The notes beneath the pieces are model-generated. The model was not told where the DNA came from. It ran no database searches and saw nothing but the letters and a program-made list of their open reading frames with translations. The position numbers and the translations under genes were made by a program. A DNA stretch of 63,003 nucleotides, counting the filler, from Gonapodya sp. JEL0774 (Eukaryota): assembly GCA_027604505.1 (NCBI GenBank). It is 30 parts of 30 records of this genome, joined end to end, with 100 filler letters (N's around TTAATTAATTAA, not from the genome) between each part and the next. Parts side by side here need not be neighbours in the genome. Positions count along the whole stretch, not along the records: positions 10,570 to 12,581 come from JADIIX010002346.1; positions 12,682 to 14,693 come from JADIIX010002347.1; positions 14,794 to 16,805 come from JADIIX010002348.1; positions 16,906 to 18,913 come from JADIIX010002349.1; positions 19,014 to 21,020 come from JADIIX010002350.1; positions 21,121 to 23,127 come from JADIIX010002351.1; 24 more parts are not named here. One strand, given 5' to 3'. Below, piece by piece: positions 11,660 to 23,227 of the stretch; position 1 is the stretch's first letter, and each line of letters starts with the position of its first letter.

Positions 11660-12123
11660 AGGACGTCTTTGTCCTAGAGCGCAATTTTGTTAAATGTAGT
11701 CGTGATGCAATCCCATGCAGGCCCCTTGAAGCCCAAGTCCAGTAGAATGCCCTGCAATTAGATTGTGACTGCCTCCATTGCATTGATACCAAGTCAACAG
11801 AGCTCTGGCATCCAGTCTGCACAAGGCTTCTTGACCTTCTTGGAAGAATCACCATCTCAGTTTTGCCCTTCCCTTTTGTGGGGTGTTGGTGGTATATCAA
11901 TTTGTGCAGATGATATTGGAGGCTTCTTATTGGTTTCTGTCATAACTATTTTTGCATTTGTTGTACCAAACAGTACTCAAAACCGAATTCTCCAAAACCA
12001 GGATTTTGGAATGTTTTGAAGTTAGTGCCAAACACCAAACCCCCAAAGCAAAAACGCAGTTTTGAGAAGTTGTGGAGTAAAACCCCCCAAAACTTCTAGT
12101 TTTAGGGGCAGCCAAACAGGCCC
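11660..12123 (-). mobile_element. PIF/Harbinger end: terminal inverted repeat plus decayed Myb/SANT-like ORF
   Basis: GGGCCTGTTTGGC on the minus strand (12123-12111) matches the PIF/Tourist TIR pattern. The ATG at 11943 gives ...KKPCADWMPELC*LGINAMEAVTI*LQGILLDLGFKGPAWDCITTTFNK, a Myb/SANT-like W...GFK..AW..I...FN pattern. Confidence 0.7.
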
Positions 12124-12681
12124 TGGTCAAAACCACGTTTTCAGACATGTCATTTATAGCCTGTCAAGTTGATCCAGCCCCTCAAATAATTGGTTGGACT
12201 TAGTGCAAGTCTGACAAGCCTCATCAAGAGGGCAAGCTTCCCAGTCTAAAGCAGGCCTGTTATGTAGTTATTTTTCTGTGGGTCCAAACCAAATTTTTTA
12301 TGTTCGTGTATGACTGGTTGCTCTAGTACACATTTGTATTTATACCAGACTGTGACCAAAACAGATGGTGAGATCTCACAGATGCACAATAAACCCATAA
12401 GAAGAACTTTTTTGGTGAACTGCTCACATATCAGCTTGAGTGGAAAACAGGGTGTTGCCCCAAATGTCATTTGTAGTTTCATTTACAAAGAACCAGAGGA
12501 AATTGGGTGGAGCCCATTTTAAAACTATATGCCCAAATTAGTACTGCCATAGCAATTAAAAATTGTTAACTTATGCAGTAANNNNNNNNNNNNNNNNNNN
12601 NNNNNNNNNNNNNNNNNNNNNNNNNTTAATTAATTAANNNNNNNNNNNNNNNNNNNNNNNNNNNNNNNNNNNNNNNNNNNN

Positions 12682-14693
12682 GAAGTACAAAGGCCGTCTG
12701 TGGACTCCGGAAACAGCATGTACATGTCGCCTGACGGTGGAAGGACCACTAACCCTCTGTTTCCCATGCAGGATGGCCCGTATCCAGGAGGAATGACTAC
12801 AATGGAGATTGACAATGACCCGGATGACCCGAACTATCCACAACGCAAATCGTACATCGAGCTGTCCCCTCCGCGGGTGAATGGTGGAGGATCTTCTACG
12901 GGCAATGGCCAAGCGAGGGGCAACATGTTCCCCTCTAGCGATGGGAGCTCAAAGGTCTTGAGTGGCATTCATGGAGAACTTCCGACCTGGAGATACAAAC
13001 CAAACCCGATTAATTCACCGACTTCGCCGACAACTAGTTCCATTCTTTCCGATCGGATGCCTACCCAACCAGGCCTTAGAGTGACCCCGCCTACTCCGAT
13101 GCGGCAGGCAGTTGCAGCGGCAGGCAATTATATAATTGGTTCATATAATGAAATTCGCTTTACAAGACGGGTAGTGACGTTTAGTAGTCATCTTGACAAA
13201 CGAACAGATGACACGACTGGATATAAATGTGTGAACGGGTACTCGATTGTCAGAGAAGTTGGTCGAGGCGTGAACGGGAAGGTGAAATTCGGAACGGATC
13301 TTCGCAGAGGTGGTGAGGTGGCAATTAAAGTCGTCCCAAGAACACCTTCGAAGAAGTCACGCAATCCCCGCATGTACATGATGGCGCAGCTCACTGGTCC
13401 GGGTTATGAATCAACACAACCTACTCGATTGGAGGACCTTCTTCACCAGTCGAGAATCAGGAGAGAGATTGAAGTCCTTCTGATGGCTGCAGAGATGGGA
13501 GGAGACAGAGTCATTGGGTTGAGGGAGGTTATTGACGATGTGTCCAGCCCAAAAGTTTACATCGGTGAATACCGGATGTGAATCTTCCGTCTCGTCAGCT
13601 TTTAGTCTGATTTCATCCTTAGTTCTCGATTACGCTCCCAAGGGAGAGCTTAGGTGGCGCGATGAGATATCAGATCCCCCAAGGCCCCTATGGAACGAGC
13701 ATACTGCTCTGCCCTTGTGGCGGGATCTGCTTGAAAGTGTTTCTTTCCGTGAGTTACCACGTTAGCGCAGCAACTCACGTGGCCATTGCGCTAACCGCAG
13801 GTCTTAGTTCATTTTCTGGGAGTCGCGCATCGGGATATCAAACCTGCGAACCTTCTCTTGGATGCCAACAATCGCGCTCTACTCTCTGATTTCGGCAGCG
13901 CGTGTTTCCTTCGCAACGCAAACACAAGCGCCGCACTGCCGCCACGAACTCCTTTGATTGTGTATAGCCCCACAGAAACTGGCGAGCTAGGGCCACTTTA
14001 CGCAACCCTTGATTTGGACGACGAGCTTGCACATGGAGCTGGCACACCTGCGTTCTTATCCCCAGAAGCTTGCGGCGGGACAATGGACATTGACGGCAGA
14101 ATGAGCGTAGAGACCACGCGCCCCAGCGCAAGTCTTTCTCGTTCCAGACCGGGAATGGTCGCGGGTGATATCTGGGCGTGCGGAGTAACACTCTACTGTA
14201 TCATATTCGGAAGATTACCTTTCTCGGGGGCGACAGAATTCGAAATATGGAATCTGGTCCGAAACCATCCGTGCGTATTCTGGAGCTTGTGTACAATTCC
14301 AATGGCTTTGAACTAACTTAGTCGTGGTGTCATAGACCAACCTTCGAAGCCGCACCAGACACCTTGCCCCCGTCACCTGCGCTCGTCGATCTCCTTGTCC
14401 GGCTTCTCGAGAAGAATCCACGGAATCGCATATCCCTTCGTGAAGCGGCATCCCATGCGTGGACGATCAGTGATTTAGACGAATCCGGCCGACGTGCTTG
14501 GGAAGCACGGGTTGGGAGGTGGTTCGTGGTTCCTCACCCCATTGTGTTAAGGGACCAATGGCCACCCAAGGGTCCAGAGGTGATTGGTGGTTATTTTGCT
14601 TCGGGCTCCTTGTCGCCTGTGGCGCTCACGACCAGTGGTTTCCAATGCAGGCGACGACACTCACATCTCGTATTCTGCGGCCCATTGGTGCCT
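12682..14693 (+). CDS. Ser/Thr protein kinase, CaMKK/Sak1/Ssp1-like, spliced
   Basis: VNGYSIVREVGRGVNGKVK, VAIK, IRREIEVL, LREVIDD...KVYI/VLDY, HRDIKPANLL, SDFG, GTPAFLSPE, DIWACGVTLYCIIFGRLPF and LLEKNPRNRI. Confidence 0.9.
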
Positions 14694-14819
14694 NNNNNNN
14701 NNNNNNNNNNNNNNNNNNNNNNNNNNNNNNNNNNNNNTTAATTAATTAANNNNNNNNNNNNNNNNNNNNNNNNNNNNNNNNNNNNNNNNNNNNAACAACC
14801 TGCATTCACATTCCCGTCA

Positions 14820-16805
14820 ATGGCCACCTCGGCTCCACAACAGATGTACGGAAACGCCACCGGAAACGCCACCAATCAGAACCAGGGTTTTCAGAACCAG
14901 GGTTTCCTCTCGTCCAACAATCTCGGCGCTGGATCCAATGGACTCGGCAATGTGCAGAACGAGCAAGTCCTAAGACAATTGCAGCAATTGCGCAATCTAG
15001 CGACAATCCAGGCTGCACAGGCGACTCTCGGAGCCCTTGCAGGCGTTGGTACCGGCGTGTCCGCATCCAACATGGGGAGCAACCCTAGACCTGGAAGCTT
15101 TGGTGCTCCCGCTCGATCTGCGAATCTCTTTGGCGCTGGTGGCCCTGGCACGCCGAGACCCAACTTTGACATGAATGGAACCACTCTCCAGGCGCAGATA
15201 CAACGGTTGCTCGCTACGCAGCAACAGCAGCAGCAGAACCTTGGAATGGCTCTATCGCAACAGGCATTGAACGGCATTGGAACTGCAACCGGCCCGAATG
15301 GCCTCACGAATGGTGGATTCCCTTTCAACGGACTGTTGGCGAATGGTTTGGGGACCAACAGCACTGGACTCAACAACGGGTCTGCAAACGGAGCGGCTGG
15401 GGGAGCTACGCTCGGGCAAAGTACAGATTTGAGTATGCCAACAATTGGGAACAACCGTATTCCCGCTTCGGTCCTCCAGAACCTTCAGGTGGGTCTCTCG
15501 CAACTCGCATTCCCTCTACCTAGTTTCAAACCTCGTCCCCTCTTCCGTCGTTTCTCCCGCCAGCGCATTACTGCACAGGCGACTGCTCAGAGCAATGCCC
15601 AGACCAACGGCCAAACCACCACCTCCACTCCTCGCAGTTTCACCATTGCACCCCGCCCCGCCGGCTTCCCTCCCATCCCCGCTGCCGCGGCGCTTTCGTC
15701 CATGAGGGGTGTCCAAGCGTCAATGGCTTCGAGTCATAACGGATCCGCCGGAGGAATAGGAGGGGCTCCAGGTCTCAGCAACGGTCAACCTTTGGGGAAC
15801 GGAGCTGCCGCCTTCAACCCGGCTCGTCTGGCTGAACTCCATCCGAATACGTTCGAGCGTGTGTACTTGGATTTCATGAAGAGGCGGGGTTGCGCTCTGG
15901 GGATGACCAAGGCCGCGATTGTCGGAAAGGTGGTCGACTTGAGAGACTTGTTACTCGCAGTGATTGCCCAGGGTGGCGGTCAAAAGGTTCGTGTACGCAT
16001 ATTTTATTATCTTGATGGATTCGCCAAACTCAGTAGGGGGATTTCCTTTGATGCCATGTCTACCCCTTGTATTGCAGGTCAACGACAGCAAGAAGTGGAA
16101 GCAGATCTCTGTCGCACTCGGCTTCACCGCCTCGTCAGCCGTTTCGGCAGGGCTTCGGAAATGTTACTCGATCCTCCTCCAGGCGTTTGAGGATTTCGCC
16201 CTGCGCAACGTCCCACCAGAGCCCATGGGTGCCAAGGACGTCAGTACAGGACAATCCATGGTGGCAGGAGTAGCCAAGGCGGAAATCATGAATCTACAAC
16301 AAGCAGCTTTGGTGGGGTCTAATGCCGAGAACTCGTCTGGGAATAATGGTGTCTCGGGGTTTGGTGCGATGGGAACTCCGAGTCTGACTCCAACGATCGG
16401 GCCACCTGCAGGCAATCCGGTGAACGGCTCAGTGAGTTGAGACTTTCGAGCGTGCATTGTTGACCGCTTTCAAATGAATTTACCTGAATATCCCCCTCGC
16501 ATGCAGGTCTTGAACCCGGCCCGTGTGCCTGTGCCCAGTCTTGCACTTCAGAAACCGCTCATTCCTCCGCTACCCCCTCATTCTGCATCCACATCTCTTT
16601 CTCTCTCCAGTTCACTTCCACACCCTGCTCCAGCATCAGCTCTTCAGACCGTCTCAACGCCACGTCCCCTGCTCCAACCTCGGGGACCCGCCTTGGGCTT
16701 GAATCGCCCCACCACTAGTTCCTCCTCTTTGACAAATTCGTCGAGTACCTCCTCCCCATCGACAACAAAATCCAGTACTGGACGACCAGCTCCACCCCCT
16801 GGAAA
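14820..16805 (+). CDS. ARID/BRIGHT-domain protein with N/Q/G-rich N-terminus (SWI1/ARID1-like), partial
   Basis: FERVYLDFMKRRG...VDLRDLLLAVIAQGGGQKV/NDSKKWKQISVALGF...LRKCYSILLQAFE. Confidence 0.8.
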
Positions 16806-16905
16806 NNNNNNNNNNNNNNNNNNNNNNNNNNNNNNNNNNNNNNNNNNNNTTAATTAATTAANNNNNNNNNNNNNNNNNNNNNNNNNNNNNNNNNNNNNNN
16901 NNNNN

Positions 16906-18209
16906 CCATCCCATCAGTGTCTGCGGCCATGCGAACCAGTTCACCGATGAAATCCATCACCTCGGAAATATTATGAACGGGAAAAATATTTGGCAGATCT
17001 ATGAGACGCGATGCGAGGCTGGATGACGGTTGTTGTATGAGGTTATGAGTTACAGGTCTGTTGGAAACGGAGATCACCGGTGGGTAATCAAGCCAAAACT
17101 CACGTAAATTGAGCTGCGAGGAACGCAGAACTTCGTCCAAACTCAGTCAAGCCTAGAATGTATATAGGAGGGGCGTTGATACCGGAGCGCTTCTCTAACC
17201 CGAGTTGAAGTTGAGTTATCCTAAAGAATAACGATAGTACTGCTAAGACACGTTCTGCTGTTGGTATGCTGTGTAGATGTAGAGCGCACCTGTTAACCAG
17301 TCTGTCTGTTTCAGCTTGGGAGTCCGGTGAAACGCTGGACATCGATGACGTATCCGCAAACACGAAATACAGATCAAGCTCTGGAATCCATATATCCTGA
17401 TGGATCGAACTTCAACCTTCAAATTGGACAGAATTACCACCAGAGGGAACTCTTACTGCATGTCTCGACTCATCCACAGCGTTCTGTGTTCGACTCCCGC
17501 CTGTAGTGTTTTTCAGACGAGAATAAACGGACAACAAGTTTCTGGAAGGATCGCAGTCCTCACCATCATTTACCGTGTACATTTCTGATTTTGCCGTCAA
17601 TGCTTTGAGAACCTCTCGAAGTAGCGAACTGACTCTCGAGTCCCTCTCTGAATTGTCCGAGGTGACAATGGAAAAGGGAGGGAGCGGTGTTTTGTCTTCC
17701 AGTAAAGCTGAGATACTGTCGATACTGTTTTCCCATTGACCTTCGTGTGGGAATGGTTCTCGTGAGCTCGGGTTGGAGTCTCTCCACGAGAGATCAGGAA
17801 GGGTTCGAGATTGCTGTGAAGTGATCTGAGTTTCAAATGATCTGGACCACACTTGATTATGACTCTGATTATTGTCAGGCGATTGTGGATTCCGGTAGAC
17901 TGTGTCATAGCTCCCTTCATGGGCATGGAATGCTCCTTTCTGCCCGGACATCTCAGTGTATTGCACGTGATTCTCCATTAGTCCGCCCTCAGCACCCAGA
18001 TCTGCAAAGTCCCATTTGCTATTACTCTTCTTTCCATGTCCACGAACGGTGGGATCAAGCGCCTCTTGTGGTGTTTGTCGATTCTCTCCGCGATTGGCAA
18101 AATAAAGTGAGTTTCGATTCGCAGAGGGTCCAGGTGCTACCCGTCGTGAGAACTGAGCAAGTGCTTTTCTTGGTGGCGGGAGACGATTCGATCGTGGGAC
18201 TGTGTACAT
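16906..18209 (-). CDS. Hypothetical protein, spliced, 3'-partial
   Basis: 311-aa ORF 17412-18347 followed by same-strand ORFs 17100-17363 and 16906-17140. It is divergent from ureD. No family recognised. Confidence 0.5.
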
Positions 18210-18443
18210 TGGGCACGCGAAGACAGAGGGTGTGTTGGAAGATGGGCCGACGTGGGTACACGGTTGTGGCACAGCCACCCCAATCGAATCGTCAGTCTTT
18301 GAGAAACGAGCAATTGATTCGGTCGGTCGAGAGAAGCATCGCGACACAGTCCAACGTCAATCACCTTCAACATTGGTTCACGGCCACACCCTTGTTGTTC
18401 ATTCGCGATCATCGTGAAAACTCGTCAAACTCGCTACTACAAA

Positions 18444-18913
18444 ATGCCCGTTCCTCTACCTCTCGCAGCCGGTCACGGCCGCCTCCGCACAGAGATTCCC
18501 CTTTCTGGCGGAAGCTGCTCGATCCCGGAATGTGTTGCATCCTACCCTCTCAAACTGTTGCGCGTGGATCCTCGAGCGAGAACGGCGCCAGCCGAGCTCT
18601 ATACAAGTGATAGGGGAATCGATTCCCAAATCAAGCCATCAGTTGACACTGCTATTGTCTACGTGCTTACATATGGTGGAGGAGTGGTGAGCGGCGACGA
18701 AGTGAAAGTGGAGGTGAAAGTTGGGAGTGGAACAGGACTGGTATTACTTAGTCAGGGATCCACCAAAGTTTTCAAGCACAAGCAGGGTTCTGGAAACATG
18801 ATAGGTGGACAACTGTGGTCTGAACAGTCACTTGATACTCGTGTGGAACCTCGAGGAGTGGTGGTCATTGGTCTGGACCCTGTGGCGCCGTTCGCTGGCA
18901 GCTTCTTCCGACA
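18444..18913 (+). CDS. ureD: Urease accessory protein UreD (Ure4), 3'-partial
   Basis: GHGRL...SYPLKLL...IVYVLTYGGGVVSGD...LLSQGSTKVFK...DPVAPFAGSFF. Confidence 0.9.
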
Positions 18914-19013
18914 NNNNNNNNNNNNNNNNNNNNNNNNNNNNNNNNNNNNNNNNNNNNTTAATTAATTAANNNNNNNNNNNNNNNNNNNNNNNNNNNNNNN
19001 NNNNNNNNNNNNN

Positions 19014-20458
19014 TCCGCCCTGAAAAGCGTATCCCCAAGTTCACTGGACCCTGTTCGCCGTTCAGAGTGCCGCCACACTCGATGGTGTATCGCAGCTGCG
19101 GATTGTGAAGAATGCAAGGGATTCGGATTCTGTACTTGGTGTGGTGACGACGGTGGAGGTTGCCAGTCTGCGAGAAGTCTGTGCTTGACTCCATCTGGGG
19201 CGCCCGGCGTAGTCAATCCAACTTGTGTTGCACGGACATCAGTCAATCTGTTGTCAGGTAAAACTAGTGGCTCCCTATCAGCCTACGATTCGGTCGATTT
19301 CAAGAGTAGCATCTCGATCGGTCCGGAATGGGATCTGCTCTTCCAGGTGGTCGTCACCGAAGGAAACCCTTCAGCAATACGCTTCCGCCTAATGAATCAG
19401 ATTGACCCCCCATTGGACAGCGACTATGGACTTCCCGTTGTGTTCCGTGCTTCGGATCCACGGCGTTTCGTTGGGAACTATTTGGTTGGTTAGAACTTCC
19501 AGGTTGCGAATCACCATTTCGTCACATCATGTGCATCCGTTGTCCTGCCACAGATTCGTCTCACCAATCTTGAATTCTCGAACATCAGCTATGAGCTGTG
19601 GGTAGAAACAATCCCTAGTACAGTTTTCAATCCAGGGCGCCCACCGACATTTGATGTCGGCGCGTTTGTGGCCGGTGAGTGGTGTCCTTCAAACCTCTGG
19701 GATTTTGATATGGAGCCCATCTTGTGATCATCACAGCGCTTTCTTGTGCCCTTCTGGCCAGTATGGCGATCACAACGCTGATTCAAAGAATTCGAATGAA
19801 CCGTATGATTCAGAACAACGTGAACCCCATGCTACAACTCGTGAGATCTACGCCCCTACCTCGTGTCTTTCAAATCACCTTGCCCACCTTGAATAAAACA
19901 CGAGGAGGCAAAGACAAGCAGTTGCCCTCTTCCGGATCAGCTGCAGAAGCCCGAGAAAAATCACTTACTCTTCGCAAAGAAGCCCATTTCACAAATGAGA
20001 GTGCACATAATCATTTGTTTCTCACTGACAATGAATGTTCCCACGACAACGATGGGGCAGGTTCTAGTGAGCAAATGATTCCTCCTTCCCAGTCACATGC
20101 AGATGCTGTCACTGAAAGCCAACATCAGACTGGAACTACTAGAAGGAGCGGTGAAGACTCAAATATCGTCCGCTCCGCCCATGTGGGGCCATTTGAACGT
20201 CTCGACGACCTGCAGGATGTTTTTCAACCCTTATCCGTGGAACACATCGAGCCCCCCGACGGTCCACCTATTCTCGCGGCCTCAGTGCTTATTTTACTCC
20301 CTGGTGCCCTTGACTACATGGCGCATGATTTGTTACCTCCTATGGCTGTCGCAACGACTTATTTTGAGGAAGAGTTGGCTGACCCAGCGAAAGCTTCTAG
20401 TGCTCCTGATGGCGATAATACAGTGCCATGGTACCGTCGCATTCTTAAGTTTAGATAG
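19014..20458 (+). CDS. Hypothetical membrane protein, 5'-partial
   Basis: Cys-rich start, ORF 19185-19493 and 244-aa ORF 19724-20458 containing one hydrophobic helix (IITALSCALLASMAITTLI). Confidence 0.4.
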
Positions 20459-20565
20459 TGCAATTGCTTTGACCTGTCCCGTATGATTCAAACATGCGAT
20501 GCTGAGAGAATAATTTTGGGCGGTCAATATTCGTCAATCAAGAACTCGACTTCGCAAATTTCGTA

Positions 20566-21020
20566 ATGCAACCCAACCGCAAGACAACAGTCGTTCGTCC
20601 AAAGACGCAACTAGCGTCTCGCAGCGATCCTCCACTGATACTGCGTTCTGAGGACAAAAAGCTTCCGCCCGTGGATGGAGAACCAGATGATAGCTGTCCA
20701 ATTTGTTCGAGAACACGTTATCTCAACAAGACCATGAAGCTCCTAGTCAGCCCGTGTTATCACAAGATGTGAGACTGGGTGTGATTGCGCGCGCTCTACT
20801 CATTGGATAACCCCTTTGGTCGTTTTGTCGGCGAAAGGTGCGAGGAATGTGTCCAGAAGATGTTTGGTCAACGTAGCGCTCGCTGTCCTGTTACCGGATG
20901 CAAAAAGCTGCTTAAGAAGTCTGAGTTTAAAGAGCAGATTTACGAGGATTTGACGGTGCAGAAAGAGGTGGAGATCAGGCGGACGTACGCACAATAGTGA
21001 GTCCGCGTGGTGGACAGTGA
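20566..21020 (+). CDS. MNAT1: CDK-activating kinase assembly factor MAT1/Tfb3 (RING), 3'-partial
   Basis: CPICSRTRYLNKTMKLLVSPCYHKM/CEECVQKMF...CPVTGCKKLLKKSEFKEQIYEDLTVQKEVEIRR. Confidence 0.93.
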
Positions 21021-21126
21021 NNNNNNNNNNNNNNNNNNNNNNNNNNNNNNNNNNNNNNNNNNNNTTAATTAATTAANNNNNNNNNNNNNNNNNNNNNNNN
21101 NNNNNNNNNNNNNNNNNNNNCTCAGA

Positions 21127-21804
21127 TCAATAATTTGCCTCTTCCTTTGCTTGCATCAGAGTTGGGAACCGACGGTGGATGCCCGGATCGTTCCTGATCT
21201 CTGTTTGAAGCCGTTCACATGTGGCCCAACGCAGATATTTATAGCCCTCCCATAACACGAGCAAGATTGAAAAGTACACACTGTAAACGGCGTATCCCGC
21301 AACACCTTGGGTGAGCAATGTGTGATGGGAAGACCTAGTCAGTGCATCTATATATAGGACGACAGCTCCACAAACACTCACCCACAACTGAGCGTCAATA
21401 CGAGATTCATCGCAGCAAAAGCGACAGATGCGCGCACCAGATGTGTGATTAGTGGCGAGCACCAAGGTCCGTTACATCCAAACTTTGAACGCACCGGCAC
21501 CACCCAACAGACCCCACAGCACACCAAGCTCCGGTGACTTTTTCAGTTGACTGAGACGGAAGAGAGGCATATTGGTCTGGAAACAAGTAATGGACCAGCG
21601 AGGTCCAAGAGGAGAAGCGGGGATACAAGGTCAGGAAAGATCGGAAGTTTGTGAATATCGATGGCCAAAAGTGGTCATTTTTCCCCACCCCTAATAACTT
21701 TGAGAATCCCCGAGCTTGTTCACTGCTCTGAAAGGAGAGCAGACATTGTACTGGCAATCTCCTATTGACTGCACTTCTTCTCCTCGCATCGTGACGTCAA
21801 CCAT
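21127..21804 (-). CDS. Hypothetical membrane protein
   Basis: Two same-strand ORFs (21449-21757, 21127-21465) with hydrophobic stretches. No family recognised. Confidence 0.3.
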
Positions 21805-22751
21805 GAGTGTGGGTGGACGCTGAGTTCCGAACAGACAATATACAAGAGTCAGAACCTACGAAAATAAAAGGGGGGTCTTTCGTGCCTGGCAGAAATTAAT
21901 TTTCATATTATGTGCGACGGGATAGCATGCCCATACCAAGACCAAAGTTGAAAAAAAAATTCGATGTGCAGAAAAAAAGCACACGCCAAGAGCCAGCGAT
22001 TCCCTTTCGGTTTCTGACCGCGCGGAGTGAGCATTCAGCAGTCATAAGAAACAAAGAGAGCATTTAATCTGTGGAGACAACGAAGGCGGCACGAGAGGTG
22101 TGTTGATGATGGAAGAGGTTGAAGCCGCGACATTAAGGGGAAGGGCAAGAAAAGAGCACACAGAGCGTCCGGAGAGGAGAAGAGATGCAAGGGAAAGCAA
22201 AACAGGAAGCGACAGGCAAAGTAGACTGAGTTGACCGCTAAGAACGCTCGGATGTTCGTGTTTGCTGTACGTTGCTCCTTCGCTGTCCGGACGAGTGAAT
22301 GGTGTCCGTGAACCACTTTGAAATCTGTCAGCTTTCCTCGACGATTCGTGCACGGAACTCACGCGTCCTGTTCTCTTCGTCTCCCATTGCTTCCCCTACC
22401 GGAACTCCATTGCGCACCTCTCCCTCGTCTCGCTCGCCGGACTCCTCGATTCGCGTCCACCCGCGTGTACGCACGCACATACATACTTCGCACCCTGTAC
22501 CGAAGTCCTAAACGATATACCATACCGCACATCTACGCGTCTTGAATTTCCTCATTGTTTCTCTCGAGCTTGAACCTTCGCCCCACCCCCCACCTTCCTG
22601 GTCCCGTCCCAATAATTGTGGTACAACGCTGCGTTGTGGAAAACTTCCCGCCCACATTTTCGACTTTCTCAACAATCGTACAATTTGTTCATAGACGCTC
22701 TAGCTCTGCAAGCTACCGCCACGAATCCTCCAAACGCCGGATCTAGTGCAC

Positions 22752-23127
22752 ATGTACAGCTTGCTGTCGACTCTCCAACGCGCCGTGGCACCCAATAGCA
22801 TTACCACAACTTCGGTGGCTACAACAACTCCTCACTCAATACCCCTTTCCCGCGATGGTTCGGCATTAGGGAGAAGTGAATTCGATATGGAAATGGCAAC
22901 AGACCCCAACACTGGACCTACCGCCGTTCCCCTCCTCGACGAAAGCAAGAGACAAGGTTCCTTTTATGCTGAGCGCAAAAAAAGGAACAGACAAGTGCTC
23001 GCAAAACGCGTAATGCCCGTTGCAAACTCATCCCGACGACAATACCTCTCGGTCTCGTCACACTCGAACGATGTCCCCCAACTCTCCTCGACGGAATCAC
23101 CCCACGCACCTCCATTCCCCCCATCCT
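22752..23127 (+). CDS. Hypothetical protein N-terminus, 3'-partial
   Basis: Open frame from MYSLLSTLQ... to the contig end, preceded by a pyrimidine-rich UTR-like tract. Confidence 0.35.
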
Positions 23128-23227
23128 NNNNNNNNNNNNNNNNNNNNNNNNNNNNNNNNNNNNNNNNNNNNTTAATTAATTAANNNNNNNNNNNNNNNNN
23201 NNNNNNNNNNNNNNNNNNNNNNNNNNN

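Noticed and set aside
17837..18610. 257-aa plus-strand ORF
   Set aside because: It is antisense to the 311-aa minus-strand ORF, out of frame with ureD, and has no recognisable motif. It is likely a shadow ORF.
21127..21465. ICRFCCDES as a possible RING-CH (MARCH) finger
   Set aside because: The remaining Cys/His ligands are not present at the expected spacing.
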